From positions 95,753 to 159,752 of the forward strand of contig CBFGIV010000002.1 of NCBI GenBank assembly GCA_965648915.1: a DNA stretch of 64,000 nucleotides, written 5' to 3'. Numbering within the stretch: position 1 is the stretch's first letter; every line of letters begins with the position of its first letter. Made by a program: the position numbers and the translations under genes. The notes beneath the pieces were generated by a model. That model made no database searches and was not told where the DNA came from. It worked only from the letters and a program-made list of their open reading frames with translations. This document shows, one piece after another, positions 19,974 to 30,910 of this stretch. Source of the stretch: a candidate division WOR-3 bacterium. Its GTDB lineage: Bacteria; Hydrothermota; Tepidihabitantia; SM23-42; CAYGYG01.

Positions 19974-20801
19974 GTGAAGCGAATAATACTTTTATTTAAT
20001 TTTGTTAACAGCCTGCTGCTTGGTGATGTTCTTTTGGAACAGGTCTTAAGGGCCGATGGTTTTATGGGAACCGCGACCAGTGAGATCCGATCCAAGACTC
20101 TGGTGCACGGCGACAGGTTAAGGGTTGATACCAGGATAAAGATTTGCGGACTTACTTCAGGTAAGATTGAGCAGAAGCAGGTAACGATTATCCAGCTTGA
20201 TAAAGAGAAGGTCTTGAATTTGGATCCCAAGACTAAAACCTATCGCGAAACAGATTTTTCTGAACTGAGAGAAAAAGCAGGGCATCTTAAGTCCCGGATT
20301 CAGCCCCGGAGCAGCCCGGCAATTGAAATTATAAAAAAGGACGAAACAAAAAGAATGGTCGGCCATAACTGCAAGCATATAATTGTTAAGATGAAGACCA
20401 GAATAAGTGATCCGGAGACCGGTGAACCCATCAAAGGCGTCTTGAAGAATGATATGTGGATTTCCGATCTTTTTAAGGAGGCAGAGGTCCTTGTGAATTT
20501 TAATAAAAGATTTGCTGATGCAACCGGGATCCCGGCATTACAGCAGGATATGATGCGGGAGTTTGGCATCGATACCTATGAATATGCTCAATTTGAAGAG
20601 ACGATCAGGGCGATAAAAGGTTTTCCCATCTATACATTAGTGAGTATAGAGTCGGAGGAATTGAACCAGGAAGGTCGGGGATATGTCTTCTTTTCCGCGG
20701 TCAACGAGATCAAGAAGATATCCCCGGTGCAGACAGGTGCTGGTGAGTTTGAAATTCCGAAGGGTTATAAAAAGATAGAAGATAATGGTAAGATCTATTG
20801 A
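19974..20801 (+). CDS. Secreted hypothetical protein (DUF4412-like)
   Basis: Signal-like N-terminus, TKRMVGHNCK...MWIS, GFP and a C-terminal FEIPKGYKK typical of GLPGLI/DUF4412-like proteins. Confidence 0.6.
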   Translation: MKRIILLFNFVNSLLLGDVLLEQVLRADGFMGTATSEIRSKTLVHGDRLRVDTRIKICGLTSGKIEQKQVTIIQLDKEKVLNLDPKTKTYRETDFSELREKAGHLKSRIQPRSSPAIEIIKKDETKRMVGHNCKHIIVKMKTRISDPETGEPIKGVLKNDMWISDLFKEAEVLVNFNKRFADATGIPALQQDMMREFGIDTYEYAQFEETIRAIKGFPIYTLVSIESEELNQEGRGYVFFSAVNEIKKISPVQTGAGEFEIPKGYKKIEDNGKIY

Positions 20802-20848
20802 TTGCAGATTAGCGGTTATAGCATAGGCTGACCGGTTTTAAGATTGTT

Positions 20849-22240
20849 ATGTTTATTCTATTAACTTTTTTGATCAATATCAATATTGAGGCAATCAGTC
20901 AGTCTCTGGTAGATCCGATCCTTGAGAGTTCTCACACCGGCATCTGTATCTACTCTCTCAAAAAAGATCGTCTGGTCTTTGAACATAATGGGGCAAAACT
21001 TTTTGTGCCGGCGTCCAACCAGAAGATTTTAACCACTGCGGCTGCACTCCATTATCTGGGTGGTGAATTTCGTTATATCACAAGGTTAAAGATGCGGGGA
21101 GAAATCCAGGCGTCGAGCCTGCTTGGTGATCTGATCCTTGTCGGTAGCGGTGATCCATCCATCAAGGATTATTCATTTCTCGAAAGGTGGGCAGATATTG
21201 TGAAGAATCTTGGGGTCCATACCATAATTGGCAGTATCATTGTTGATGATCGGGTGTTTTCTAATGAACGATTGCCTGAAGGCTGGGCCTGGCACTATCT
21301 CGATGCCCGTTATGGTGCAGAGATTTCAGGATTCTCTTTCAATGGTAACGTTGTTAAGGTGACGGTTAAACCAGGTAATAAGATCAATGATACCGCTCAG
21401 GTAATACTTGATCCCCAGACCCAATATGTTAAGATCAAAAATAATCTAATTACGGTGGAGAGTCTTAATGGTAATACTATCAGTCAAGAAATAAATATCT
21501 ATCGTGAGCCCGAAGCCAATATTATTCATCTTGAAGGTGCGGTGGCAAAGAATTTTAAGGGGAGGACCTATGAGATTGCGGTAAAGGATCCAGCTCTGTT
21601 TGCTGGTTACTATTTTAAGGAATTGCTGGAACGGAGAGGGATTAGAGTTTATGGTTACCCAAAAAGGGTTGATACACTTACAGCTAACTTTGGTCACGCC
21701 GAGCGTCAATTAGACAGTATTATCTCCTGTTCGATGAAAGAGATTGTTAAAGAGACTAACAAAGAGAGCAAGAACCTGTTTGCGGAGAACCTCCTGAAAT
21801 CGATCGGGTATTACAGAGAAGGCAATGGCAGTTATAAAAACAGTAACAGCCTTATCAGAAAGTTCCTAGTCGAGGTCGGGGGCGACACCAGTGGTGTTTA
21901 TCCAGTAGACGGTTCTGGCCTCTCAAGGCATAATCTCCTCTCACCTTATAATCTCGTAGTCGTCTTAAGGTATATGTATCTCTCAGCCCATCGTGATGAT
22001 TTTTATGAGAGCCTGGCCCGGCCGAATGAAGGGACACTTTTCGGTCGACTTTTGAGATTAAGAAACTCCCTGCACGCCAAGACAGGAACCTTAAAATGGA
22101 TTTCCTGTATCTCCGGTTATATCGAAAATTCTACTGATAATGATACCTATGCCTTTTCGATTATGGTGAACAATTTTACGGGAACGGTTCGGGATATAAA
22201 TCGATGGCAGGAGCGGATCATTGAGGCAATGCAGGAGTGA
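20849..22240 (+). CDS. dacB: D-alanyl-D-alanine carboxypeptidase/endopeptidase PBP4
   Basis: SxxK in PASNQK, SxN in ESKN, DGSGLSR and KTG in AKTGTL. Confidence 0.92.
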   Translation: MFILLTFLININIEAISQSLVDPILESSHTGICIYSLKKDRLVFEHNGAKLFVPASNQKILTTAAALHYLGGEFRYITRLKMRGEIQASSLLGDLILVGSGDPSIKDYSFLERWADIVKNLGVHTIIGSIIVDDRVFSNERLPEGWAWHYLDARYGAEISGFSFNGNVVKVTVKPGNKINDTAQVILDPQTQYVKIKNNLITVESLNGNTISQEINIYREPEANIIHLEGAVAKNFKGRTYEIAVKDPALFAGYYFKELLERRGIRVYGYPKRVDTLTANFGHAERQLDSIISCSMKEIVKETNKESKNLFAENLLKSIGYYREGNGSYKNSNSLIRKFLVEVGGDTSGVYPVDGSGLSRHNLLSPYNLVVVLRYMYLSAHRDDFYESLARPNEGTLFGRLLRLRNSLHAKTGTLKWISCISGYIENSTDNDTYAFSIMVNNFTGTVRDINRWQERIIEAMQE

Positions 22241-22251
22241 TATTAGTTAGA

Positions 22252-23739
<1,488 letters not shown>

Positions 23740-23777
23740 TTAAATGAAAATAATCAACCAATTTTTAGTGCTAACCT

Positions 23778-23806
23778 ATTATAAGTCAATTTTTTTGATA
23801 AGTCAA
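23778..23806 (-). promoter_or_regulatory. sigma70 promoter of guaB
   Basis: Minus-strand TTGACT-17-TATAAT. Confidence 0.65.
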
Positions 23807-23833
23807 TACAATTCAACATTTGATTACAAATTA

Positions 23834-26800
23834 TTAAAGGTTTAACAAGAAGTTCAGATTGTAAAACGCAATAAAGTTTTCCGGATCGAGGAGAAGGACT
23901 TTTTTGAACTCATTTGCTGCATCTTTTTTCTGTCCGAGGTTAGCGTAGACACCTCCCAGATTAATTCTGATATCGACTCTTAACGGATTTAGTATTAAAG
24001 CCTTCTTCAGATAAAAACTGGCTTTAAGGTTATTTTTTGTAGCTGCATAGATTGTGCCCAGTTTATATAATGCGTCGATATTAGATTCATTCAATTCAAC
24101 CGAGCGAGTTAAAGATTTAATTGCTTTAGAAGTATCGCCCAGGATAAAGTGACAATAACCAAGTTTCTCATAAATCGTTGAATTTAATGAGTCGATGGCA
24201 AGGCTCTGATAACATTCGGCGATTGCTTCGGAGTGAAGATTGTTTTCGATAAGGACATTAATCAGATCGCAGCGATAATTGATATTGGTCGGTGCCAGCC
24301 TAATTGCCCTGTGGTATAGGTTAATGGCTTCATATCGCTTGTTCTGGAGTTCATATGTCTTGGCCAGCGCATAAACAATCTCGGCATTTTCAGGATCGAG
24401 GTTTAGTGCCCGGTTAAAATCCTCAAGTGCCAAAAAAATAAGATTGTTATTTCGGTAAATTATACCCCGGCCGAGATATGCCTGGGCAAGTGTTGAATCT
24501 AATGCCAGAGCATTGTTAAATTCCATTTCTGCTTGATTGGTAATGCCTGCAAGTAGAAAATATTTCCCATCATAGTATCTAATAAGGGCACGCTGTTCTG
24601 GCAAAAGATTATCGAAGAGAGTCTTCTGATAACTCCGGATGTATTGATCGTTGAGCAGAGATGTTTCAGCATAAAGGCTCCGCGGCGCTGAAAACTCGAG
24701 GATAGGGAGATCATCAGAGTTGATCATTCCGTCTTTGACAAACTCCCGGACATCCTTAGAATTGAGAACCAGACAGCTGAGCAGGGAGTAAACATTTTCG
24801 ATATTGACCGATTTTAAGTCTGCATAGATCCCGGGACGTTTTATTTTTTGATCAATCTGTTCAAGATTTAGATTGATCTCCTTAAAAGATCCAATAAGGA
24901 GGTAATCGGCCGTTCGTCCGGTAGACCAGATGGTAACATAAGGAAAGACAGATTGGAAAGTCTTTATAACCATCTGGAAGTCAGCCGGCGAAAGGCTGTA
25001 ACCCTGAAGCCATTGACAGATCAATCCGTCCTTTTTCAATTTTCTTGCACAGATCTGGTAAAATTCTCTGGAAAATAGATTGGCGATACCAGCCATCCAG
25101 GGGTTGGACGGTTCGGTACTGATTACATCATACTTTTTAGGCGTGGCTAAAAGGTAGTTACGGCCATCCGCCGTTATGATCTTATCTCTTTGGTTATTAA
25201 CGACATTATGATTCTCTTTATGAAAGAATTTTGCGCCTTCAATTACTGCCTCCTCAATCTCAGCACATTCAACATTGGGTGCTCCGTAGTTCACACAGGC
25301 GCCCATAGTTACACCACTGCCCAGGCCTAAGATAAAAACATCCTTTGGATCGGGATGAAGGATCATCGGCAAATAACCACTTAGGACCTGAGTAATCATA
25401 TCGCTTGCGCTACTGGCATCTGTTTTACCATTGATGTTTAGGGCGATGTGGTTTTCCGTTTTGATAACCGCCACATTGCAATTTATCCCTTCGCGATAAT
25501 ATAGTAATTTCCGGGACTGAAGGAATTCTTCCATAGTGATAACTTTCTGCATCGATAGATATTTCCATGGACGAAACGAGATACCGGCATTCATAACCAT
25601 CTTATTCCATTTCTTCCCCTGTATGATTAAAAGAAGGCCTATGATTACGACCATCCCATTAAATATAAACTTTGCTCTTAATCGAAGTTGGTGACTAGTG
25701 AAGATAACAACAATTGCCACCAGGATGTTGAGTAGAACCGCTGTCTGGATTGCAGACTGAGCACCAATTAATGGTAACAGGAAAAAGCCGGTCAGGGCTG
25801 AGCCGATGATGCAGCCCAGTGTATTGATTGAATATGCCTGACCGATACGATTACCCAGTATATTTAAATCATCAACCAGGATTCTGGTGACGATCGGGAA
25901 GGAAGCACCAAAGAGCAGAGCGGGTATAATCATTACAAGAAAGCAGAGCAAAAATTGAATGGCCTGGAGAAATCCATAATTGTTTGGAAAGAGTTGATAG
26001 AGCCTGACAAAATAGGTCGGCAGGCGGTCGAAGAGAGGCATTAGGAGGAGAACCGAAATGCCGATGCCAGTTTCAATAAAACCAAAGAATTGATAGGGCA
26101 CTCTTTTTTCGCCCCAGATCAATGAAAATAGCAAGCTGCCCGCGGCAATGCCGAAAATAAATGCGACGAGCATGGTGCTGAAGGCGTAGATTGAACTGCC
26201 GATCGAAAGAGCCAGTGATCGGGTCCAGGCTACTTCGTAGACCATCGATGTGAAACCTGACAGACCAAAGCCTAAAAGGATTATCCACCCCGCATAGCTT
26301 ATTTTTGATGGTTGCTTGGTGTCTAAGTCTCTTTCCTCCCTTTCCTTTTTAGTCAAGAGTATAAGGTGTTGGTCGAAGATAAAACATAAAGCTCCAATTC
26401 CGATATTCAAAACTGCAGCGATCAAGATCAAACGATGCACGCCCATTATCGGTAAGAGAAAATAGCCAGCCATTAAGATGCCAATGACTGCACCAAAGGT
26501 ATTTATAGCATAGAGAAAACCAACAAGTTTACCAACGCTTTCAGCCCTTTTGATAAAGAATCTGGACATCAGCGGCAGGGTTCCACCCATCATGGTTGTT
26601 GGCGTGATGAGCAATATGAGACATAGAAAGAAAAGAAATATATTATAGGCAAAAGAGAATTGCCAGTTTCGGGCAACACTCAAATATAGGGGTTGCACAA
26701 TTTTAAATAAAAACGGAGTCACCAGAGCATATAATCCAGTGCCAATCTCTAATAGTGAATAACCACGAAGTGGCCTTTTAATCCGATCGGCAATCTTACC

Positions 26801-27007
26801 AAATACCAGACTGCCTAAGGCGAGGCCGCCCATAAATGCAGAAAGGACAGTACTGGTGGCAAAGGCGGTCGAACCGAATATCAGGGTGAGCATCCTGGTC
26901 CAGAGTATCTCATAGATCAGGCCAGCGCAACCTGAGAAGAAGAAACAGATAAAGACGGCGATCAGTATCTGTTTTATTTCATCCTGGGTTTTCTTTTCTG
27001 AAGACAT
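23834..27007 (-). CDS. Fused membrane domain / spermidine-synthase-like SAM-binding domain / TPR protein
   Basis: About 13 TM helices with a duplicated FSG..GLIYE..W.R motif, then NGKTDAS, ILGLGSGVT, ADGRNYL, EPSNPW and C-terminal TPRs. Confidence 0.85.
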   Translation of the reverse strand: MSSEKKTQDEIKQILIAVFICFFFSGCAGLIYEILWTRMLTLIFGSTAFATSTVLSAFMGGLALGSLVFGKIADRIKRPLRGYSLLEIGTGLYALVTPFLFKIVQPLYLSVARNWQFSFAYNIFLFFLCLILLITPTTMMGGTLPLMSRFFIKRAESVGKLVGFLYAINTFGAVIGILMAGYFLLPIMGVHRLILIAAVLNIGIGALCFIFDQHLILLTKKEREERDLDTKQPSKISYAGWIILLGFGLSGFTSMVYEVAWTRSLALSIGSSIYAFSTMLVAFIFGIAAGSLLFSLIWGEKRVPYQFFGFIETGIGISVLLLMPLFDRLPTYFVRLYQLFPNNYGFLQAIQFLLCFLVMIIPALLFGASFPIVTRILVDDLNILGNRIGQAYSINTLGCIIGSALTGFFLLPLIGAQSAIQTAVLLNILVAIVVIFTSHQLRLRAKFIFNGMVVIIGLLLIIQGKKWNKMVMNAGISFRPWKYLSMQKVITMEEFLQSRKLLYYREGINCNVAVIKTENHIALNINGKTDASSASDMITQVLSGYLPMILHPDPKDVFILGLGSGVTMGACVNYGAPNVECAEIEEAVIEGAKFFHKENHNVVNNQRDKIITADGRNYLLATPKKYDVISTEPSNPWMAGIANLFSREFYQICARKLKKDGLICQWLQGYSLSPADFQMVIKTFQSVFPYVTIWSTGRTADYLLIGSFKEINLNLEQIDQKIKRPGIYADLKSVNIENVYSLLSCLVLNSKDVREFVKDGMINSDDLPILEFSAPRSLYAETSLLNDQYIRSYQKTLFDNLLPEQRALIRYYDGKYFLLAGITNQAEMEFNNALALDSTLAQAYLGRGIIYRNNNLIFLALEDFNRALNLDPENAEIVYALAKTYELQNKRYEAINLYHRAIRLAPTNINYRCDLINVLIENNLHSEAIAECYQSLAIDSLNSTIYEKLGYCHFILGDTSKAIKSLTRSVELNESNIDALYKLGTIYAATKNNLKASFYLKKALILNPLRVDIRINLGGVYANLGQKKDAANEFKKVLLLDPENFIAFYNLNFLLNL

Positions 27008-27046
27008 ATTTTTAACCTCCGTTATTATTGATAAAATAGTCTATGA

Positions 27047-28132
27047 TTATGAGCGAAATTTCCGTAATTTTAAACTTTTTACTACCTGTTGATAATCAGG
27101 CAGAATTACCTTACCCTGAGCCCGGTCGTAAATATAAATATCATCCAGGGGGTGAGGTGGAATCGTTTCGATGAATCTACTCTTTAATAAATCATTAAGA
27201 TCTTCGGGAAAGGTATTTTTTGCTGCTTTATAAGCAATTAATCTCTGGTTAATAATTCTAACATTCATTTCGAGGAGATCATAGAGTAGTGTCGAATTTA
27301 ATACCTGACCACTGTCTTGAATAAAATAGAGACCGCCGAAAGGTTCCTCAGGGATTATGGGTATAACCTTTTTATCAACCAGTTCAGATAGTTGTCGGGG
27401 ATAGGAGTGGTATTTCTTGTAATATTCGTCAACGGCTTTGCTTAAAACTTCCATATCTTCTTCAATCTGAATGTAATTCAATGAGCGGCGAGCCAACTTT
27501 TGACGAGATGGTGTGGTCGCGGAGAGTTCAATCTTTTTCCAGAGATCGCGTGCCGCCGAACGATTTCCGGCTTTACGATAGGATTGGGCAGCAAAACGGA
27601 TGGATCGCCCCATAATACCTTCATTGAGATATGCAAGATAGAAGTATTTGGCGGCGCGCTGGTAATTGTAGGTTATTGTGTAATTTATAAAACCAATGTC
27701 GAACGGTAATTCATACCTTTGAGGATTTTGATACATTCCCCGAAGGAGTAATTGAATCGCCCTTTCTGGCTGATTGAGGTCCTCTGAGATCAACAATCCA
27801 CCAAACCGATAGCCGTTAATAAAGAATGGATCGAGCACGGTCAGGATGTCGAATATATGGGGTAACCAATAGAAATTCAAATCGGTAAGGATATGTTGGC
27901 CATAATACTGGATGGCTTTTAACCAGACAAAGTCGGCAAGGGTCGTTTCATAATCACAGGCCATAATCTTAAGAAGACGACCTGAAGGGAAATATCTCAT
28001 CTCAAAAAGAGTTTGATCAGGAGTTGATTTATAGAAGTCGAGCGCCAGATGGAAATTGTGCAGGCAGATGGCACTGACAATTATGAGAAGAAAAGGTATG
28101 ATACGATAGAATTTAATTCTAATTTTGTTCAT
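27047..28132 (-). CDS. Pilin-locus membrane-anchored TPR protein (XapA/PilG-like) with two pseudopilin-like C-terminal repeats
   Basis: LADFVWLKAIQYYG, LDPFF, TPR-like helices and YP..L..LV....IP..P motifs. Start set to MNKIRIKF immediately after the permease stop. Confidence 0.65.
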   Translation of the reverse strand: MNKIRIKFYRIIPFLLIIVSAICLHNFHLALDFYKSTPDQTLFEMRYFPSGRLLKIMACDYETTLADFVWLKAIQYYGQHILTDLNFYWLPHIFDILTVLDPFFINGYRFGGLLISEDLNQPERAIQLLLRGMYQNPQRYELPFDIGFINYTITYNYQRAAKYFYLAYLNEGIMGRSIRFAAQSYRKAGNRSAARDLWKKIELSATTPSRQKLARRSLNYIQIEEDMEVLSKAVDEYYKKYHSYPRQLSELVDKKVIPIIPEEPFGGLYFIQDSGQVLNSTLLYDLLEMNVRIINQRLIAYKAAKNTFPEDLNDLLKSRFIETIPPHPLDDIYIYDRAQGKVILPDYQQVVKSLKLRKFRS

Positions 28133-28133
28133 C

Positions 28134-28895
28134 CTAAAGGTCTTTTTTCTCAAAAATGATAACGGCGATTGATAAAAGAATGATAATATATGCAATAGTA
28201 TAGGCTGAGACGAAGATAAGCCACTGGTTGGTAATTGGTAGATTATGGACAAACTCAGTTTTGCTGTTTAAGTAAGAAAGGTTGGGAAGAATATAATAGA
28301 ATAGGGTTGATAGATCTTTCAAGATTAGGGATTTGGCAATCTGGGCGAAGGCAAGGAGATCCTGTGTAAAATGGCCAATAAAATATATTGCAAAAGTAAA
28401 GATACCGCTACCGATTGGCGTTGTGAAGGTTGAAAGGAGAATGGCGATTGCGGCGATCAAGAGCAATTCAAGAAGAATGAAGTAGATGGTTTTGGGGAGA
28501 TTTAAGGTTAAAGGATATTTAAATATGAGCGAATAGACGACAAAACCCGCGGTAAGGACAAGTACGACGATTAGCAACGCAAGAGATATGCCTAGATACT
28601 TACCAAGGATAAATTGCCAGCGCTGAACCGGTTTGGGTAGTATGGTGTAGATGGTTTTGCGTTTGATTTCGTCGTAGACAAGCCGGGTCCCAATGATAAT
28701 AGCAATCAGGATGCCGAATATTGAGATGGCGGAAGTCCCGATGTCACGGACAATTCTTAAATCTTCATCGAGGGATAGAGGGGCAATGAGCTTGGAACTT
28801 AAAATAATCAGAAGACCAAAGATAATGATTGCATAAAATGTTCGGTCCCTTAATATCTCTTTAGTCGTATTGATTGTTATAGCTACTATCTTCAT
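28134..28895 (-). CDS. ABC-2 type permease (PilI/XapB-like)
   Basis: NTTKEILRDR, EIKRKTIYTILPKPV.R..FILGKYLG, ILPNL and terminal FEKKDL. Six TM helices. Confidence 0.85.
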   Translation of the reverse strand: MKIVAITINTTKEILRDRTFYAIIIFGLLIILSSKLIAPLSLDEDLRIVRDIGTSAISIFGILIAIIIGTRLVYDEIKRKTIYTILPKPVQRWQFILGKYLGISLALLIVVLVLTAGFVVYSLIFKYPLTLNLPKTIYFILLELLLIAAIAILLSTFTTPIGSGIFTFAIYFIGHFTQDLLAFAQIAKSLILKDLSTLFYYILPNLSYLNSKTEFVHNLPITNQWLIFVSAYTIAYIIILLSIAVIIFEKKDL

Positions 28896-29824
28896 CGATT
28901 CTTGAGCACTTGAGTGATAAAGTGTTCTTCAAGGGTTTTAGTATGGGGTTGGAGACTGATCAGACGACCACCCAATTCTCTTATTTTATCCACTGCCTGA
29001 TCTGCATCATCCGGGGTTGAAAAGATAAATTGTATCTCTTTACCAAATTGATTAACATAAGTAGCACTTCTTCCGACAATCTCGATACCGTCCTCGGTCA
29101 AGCCGATTGCGGTTACCTCGATCGATTCGATACTCTGCTTGAGGAGTTCATCAACGTGACCGACTGATGCCAATCTACCGTTTAACAGAATACCGACCCG
29201 ATCACATATAACTTCCACATCGGGCAGGATATGGGTTGAGAAGAAGACGGTCTTACCCTTCTTTTTCATTTCCAGCATTATATCTTTTACATCTTTTCGA
29301 CCCAGAGGATCGAGGCCTTCCATTGGTTCATCAAAGATTAAAAGGTCGGGATCGTTGATCAATGCCTGGGCAATACCGAGACGCTGGACCATCCCCTTGG
29401 AATATTTAGAGATCAAAAGGTCACCAGCATCTTTTAAACCTACTTTTGCTAAGGATTCCTCAATAAACTTTCTCTTATCCTGACAATGGATATTGTGGAC
29501 CTGAATGCAGAAATCGAGGAATTCGGAACCGGTAAGATGGGCATAGAAGTAAGGGTGCTCAGGTAAATATCCTGTCTTTTTTCTGATTGATATGTCTGTG
29601 ACGGGCCTATCGAATATAAATGCCTGACCCGAGGAGGGAAAGATGAGGCCGGTAAGTATCTTTATTGTTGTTGTCTTGCCCGCACCGTTAGGCCCTAAAA
29701 AACCAAAGATTTCACCCGGTTCGATAGTCAGGCTGAGATCTTCCAGTGCCCGAATCTTACGCCGGGTCATCTGGGTGCGAAAGTATTTGGAGAGGTTTCT
29801 AATCTCGATTGCAAATCTATTCAT
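28892..29824 (-). CDS. ABC transporter ATP-binding protein (PilH/XapD-like)
   Basis: GPNGAGKTT, YSKGM and LLIFDEP motifs, GYLPEHPYFY. Confidence 0.92.
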   Translation of the reverse strand: MNRFAIEIRNLSKYFRTQMTRRKIRALEDLSLTIEPGEIFGFLGPNGAGKTTTIKILTGLIFPSSGQAFIFDRPVTDISIRKKTGYLPEHPYFYAHLTGSEFLDFCIQVHNIHCQDKRKFIEESLAKVGLKDAGDLLISKYSKGMVQRLGIAQALINDPDLLIFDEPMEGLDPLGRKDVKDIMLEMKKKGKTVFFSTHILPDVEVICDRVGILLNGRLASVGHVDELLKQSIESIEVTAIGLTEDGIEIVGRSATYVNQFGKEIQFIFSTPDDADQAVDKIRELGGRLISLQPHTKTLEEHFITQVLKNR

Positions 29825-29988
29825 ATTTAAGAGAAATTACAAAGTTTCTACAACCACAGGGGTTGTACCTTCGATTGTTATCAACAAAGTTCTTAATTTT
29901 TTATATAATATTGAGTATTATATTTAGACTTAGAAATTTATTATATCTGCGCTTCGATTTTATTGCTTTTTCACCAGGATTCGGGTTA

Positions 29989-30016
29989 ATTATATTCACA
30001 AGTATGCCAAAGTCAA
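29989..30016 (-). promoter_or_regulatory. sigma70 promoter of the ABC operon
   Basis: Minus-strand TTGACT-16-TATAAT just downstream of the pilin terminator. Confidence 0.55.
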
Positions 30017-30022
30017 TATAAT

Positions 30023-30056
30023 AACAAAAAGGGGATAGCCATTTTTGACTATCCCC
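30023..30056 (-). terminator. Intrinsic terminator after the downstream pilin
   Basis: Minus strand GGGGATAGTC-AAAAAT-GGCTATCCCC followed by TTTTTGTT. Confidence 0.85.
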
Positions 30057-30075
30057 AGATTACTGCTGATGGTTT

Positions 30076-30597
30076 TTAGTTGTGGAAGACCAGAATGGTA
30101 TTGGAACGGATAGACCTGTAGTCTCTACCCCTTATTCCAATAATTCCATATTCTGTAGGATTAACTCCTGGCCAGATACCATATCGAATCTTACCAACAT
30201 CGGCAGCTGCAAGCTGTATGTCATTGGCACCACCGAGTTTGATATCACTATTATCACCAGAAGCAGCGTAGGTATGTTTAATGAAATCAGCAATTACCAT
30301 TACATTCCCAGTATAAGGGTTCTTTGGATATTTACCAGGTGTCTTCTGCACATCTTCATCCCCACCAGGGAAATAATAGGCAAATCCTGGTGCAGGTTCT
30401 GGCCCGGTTGGATAGGCTCCATTAAAATCAACGGCATAGGCTTCACAGGAGAGCTGGGTTGTATGCATATTACCCTTGACACTTGACTGTCTGCCTCTTT
30501 CCTGCATAGCGATGAAGTTCGGGATCGCAATTGCAGCCAGAATACCGATAATGACGACCACAACCATCAGTTCGATTAAGGTAAAGCCTCTTTTCAT
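30076..30597 (-). CDS. Type IV (class III signal) pilin, probably the major pilin
   Basis: MKRG|FTLIELMVVVVIIGILAAIAIPNF, strong SD AAGGAGG, own promoters and terminator. Confidence 0.9.
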   Translation of the reverse strand: MKRGFTLIELMVVVVIIGILAAIAIPNFIAMQERGRQSSVKGNMHTTQLSCEAYAVDFNGAYPTGPEPAPGFAYYFPGGDEDVQKTPGKYPKNPYTGNVMVIADFIKHTYAASGDNSDIKLGGANDIQLAAADVGKIRYGIWPGVNPTEYGIIGIRGRDYRSIRSNTILVFHN

Positions 30598-30748
30598 TTT
30601 AACCTCCTTGGTGAATTACAATAAACTAATGTAATTCCAATTTTACTCATAACTCAAATGCAGTGTGTCCCGGAGTTTTGATAGAGATTTTATTGGACAG
30701 GCTTGGGACACAGACCATTAGAAGATCTTTATTCCAATAAGCCTATTT

Positions 30749-30777
30749 ATTATATCATAAAATTAAAATAAGGTCAA
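30749..30777 (-). promoter_or_regulatory. sigma70 promoter of the downstream pilin
   Basis: Minus-strand TTGACC-17-TATAAT with an extended TG. Confidence 0.65.
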
Positions 30778-30810
30778 TGAGCAATTTTTCAATTTCTATT
30801 AATAAGTATA

Positions 30811-30826
30811 TGCAAAACTTGTGCCA
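30811..30826 (-). promoter_or_regulatory. sigma54 -24/-12 promoter of the downstream pilin
   Basis: Minus-strand TGGCAC-AAGTT-TTGCA matches consensus. Confidence 0.85.
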
Positions 30827-30884
30827 CTAATAAGTATTGTTATATTAAGCATTATATCCTGCTCAATTATAGAATTTGCAATTT

Positions 30885-30903
30885 TTTTTGCAAAATGCAA
30901 AAA
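30885..30903. promoter_or_regulatory. Putative enhancer-binding-protein site, copy A
   Basis: TTTTTGCAAAATGCAAAAA, the exact reverse complement of 31529-31547, upstream of a sigma54 promoter. Confidence 0.7.
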
Positions 30904-30910
30904 ATTATCT

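Noticed and set aside
29995..30010. Third sigma54 promoter TTGGCATACTTGTGAA before the ABC genes
   Set aside because: The -12 GC is replaced by GA and the sequence is the spacer of a good sigma70 promoter.
30598..30800. c-di-GMP-I or other known riboswitch in the pilin leader
   Set aside because: No GGCAAA...GAAA...CGCAAAGC-type core seen. Kept only as an unassigned structured-leader candidate.
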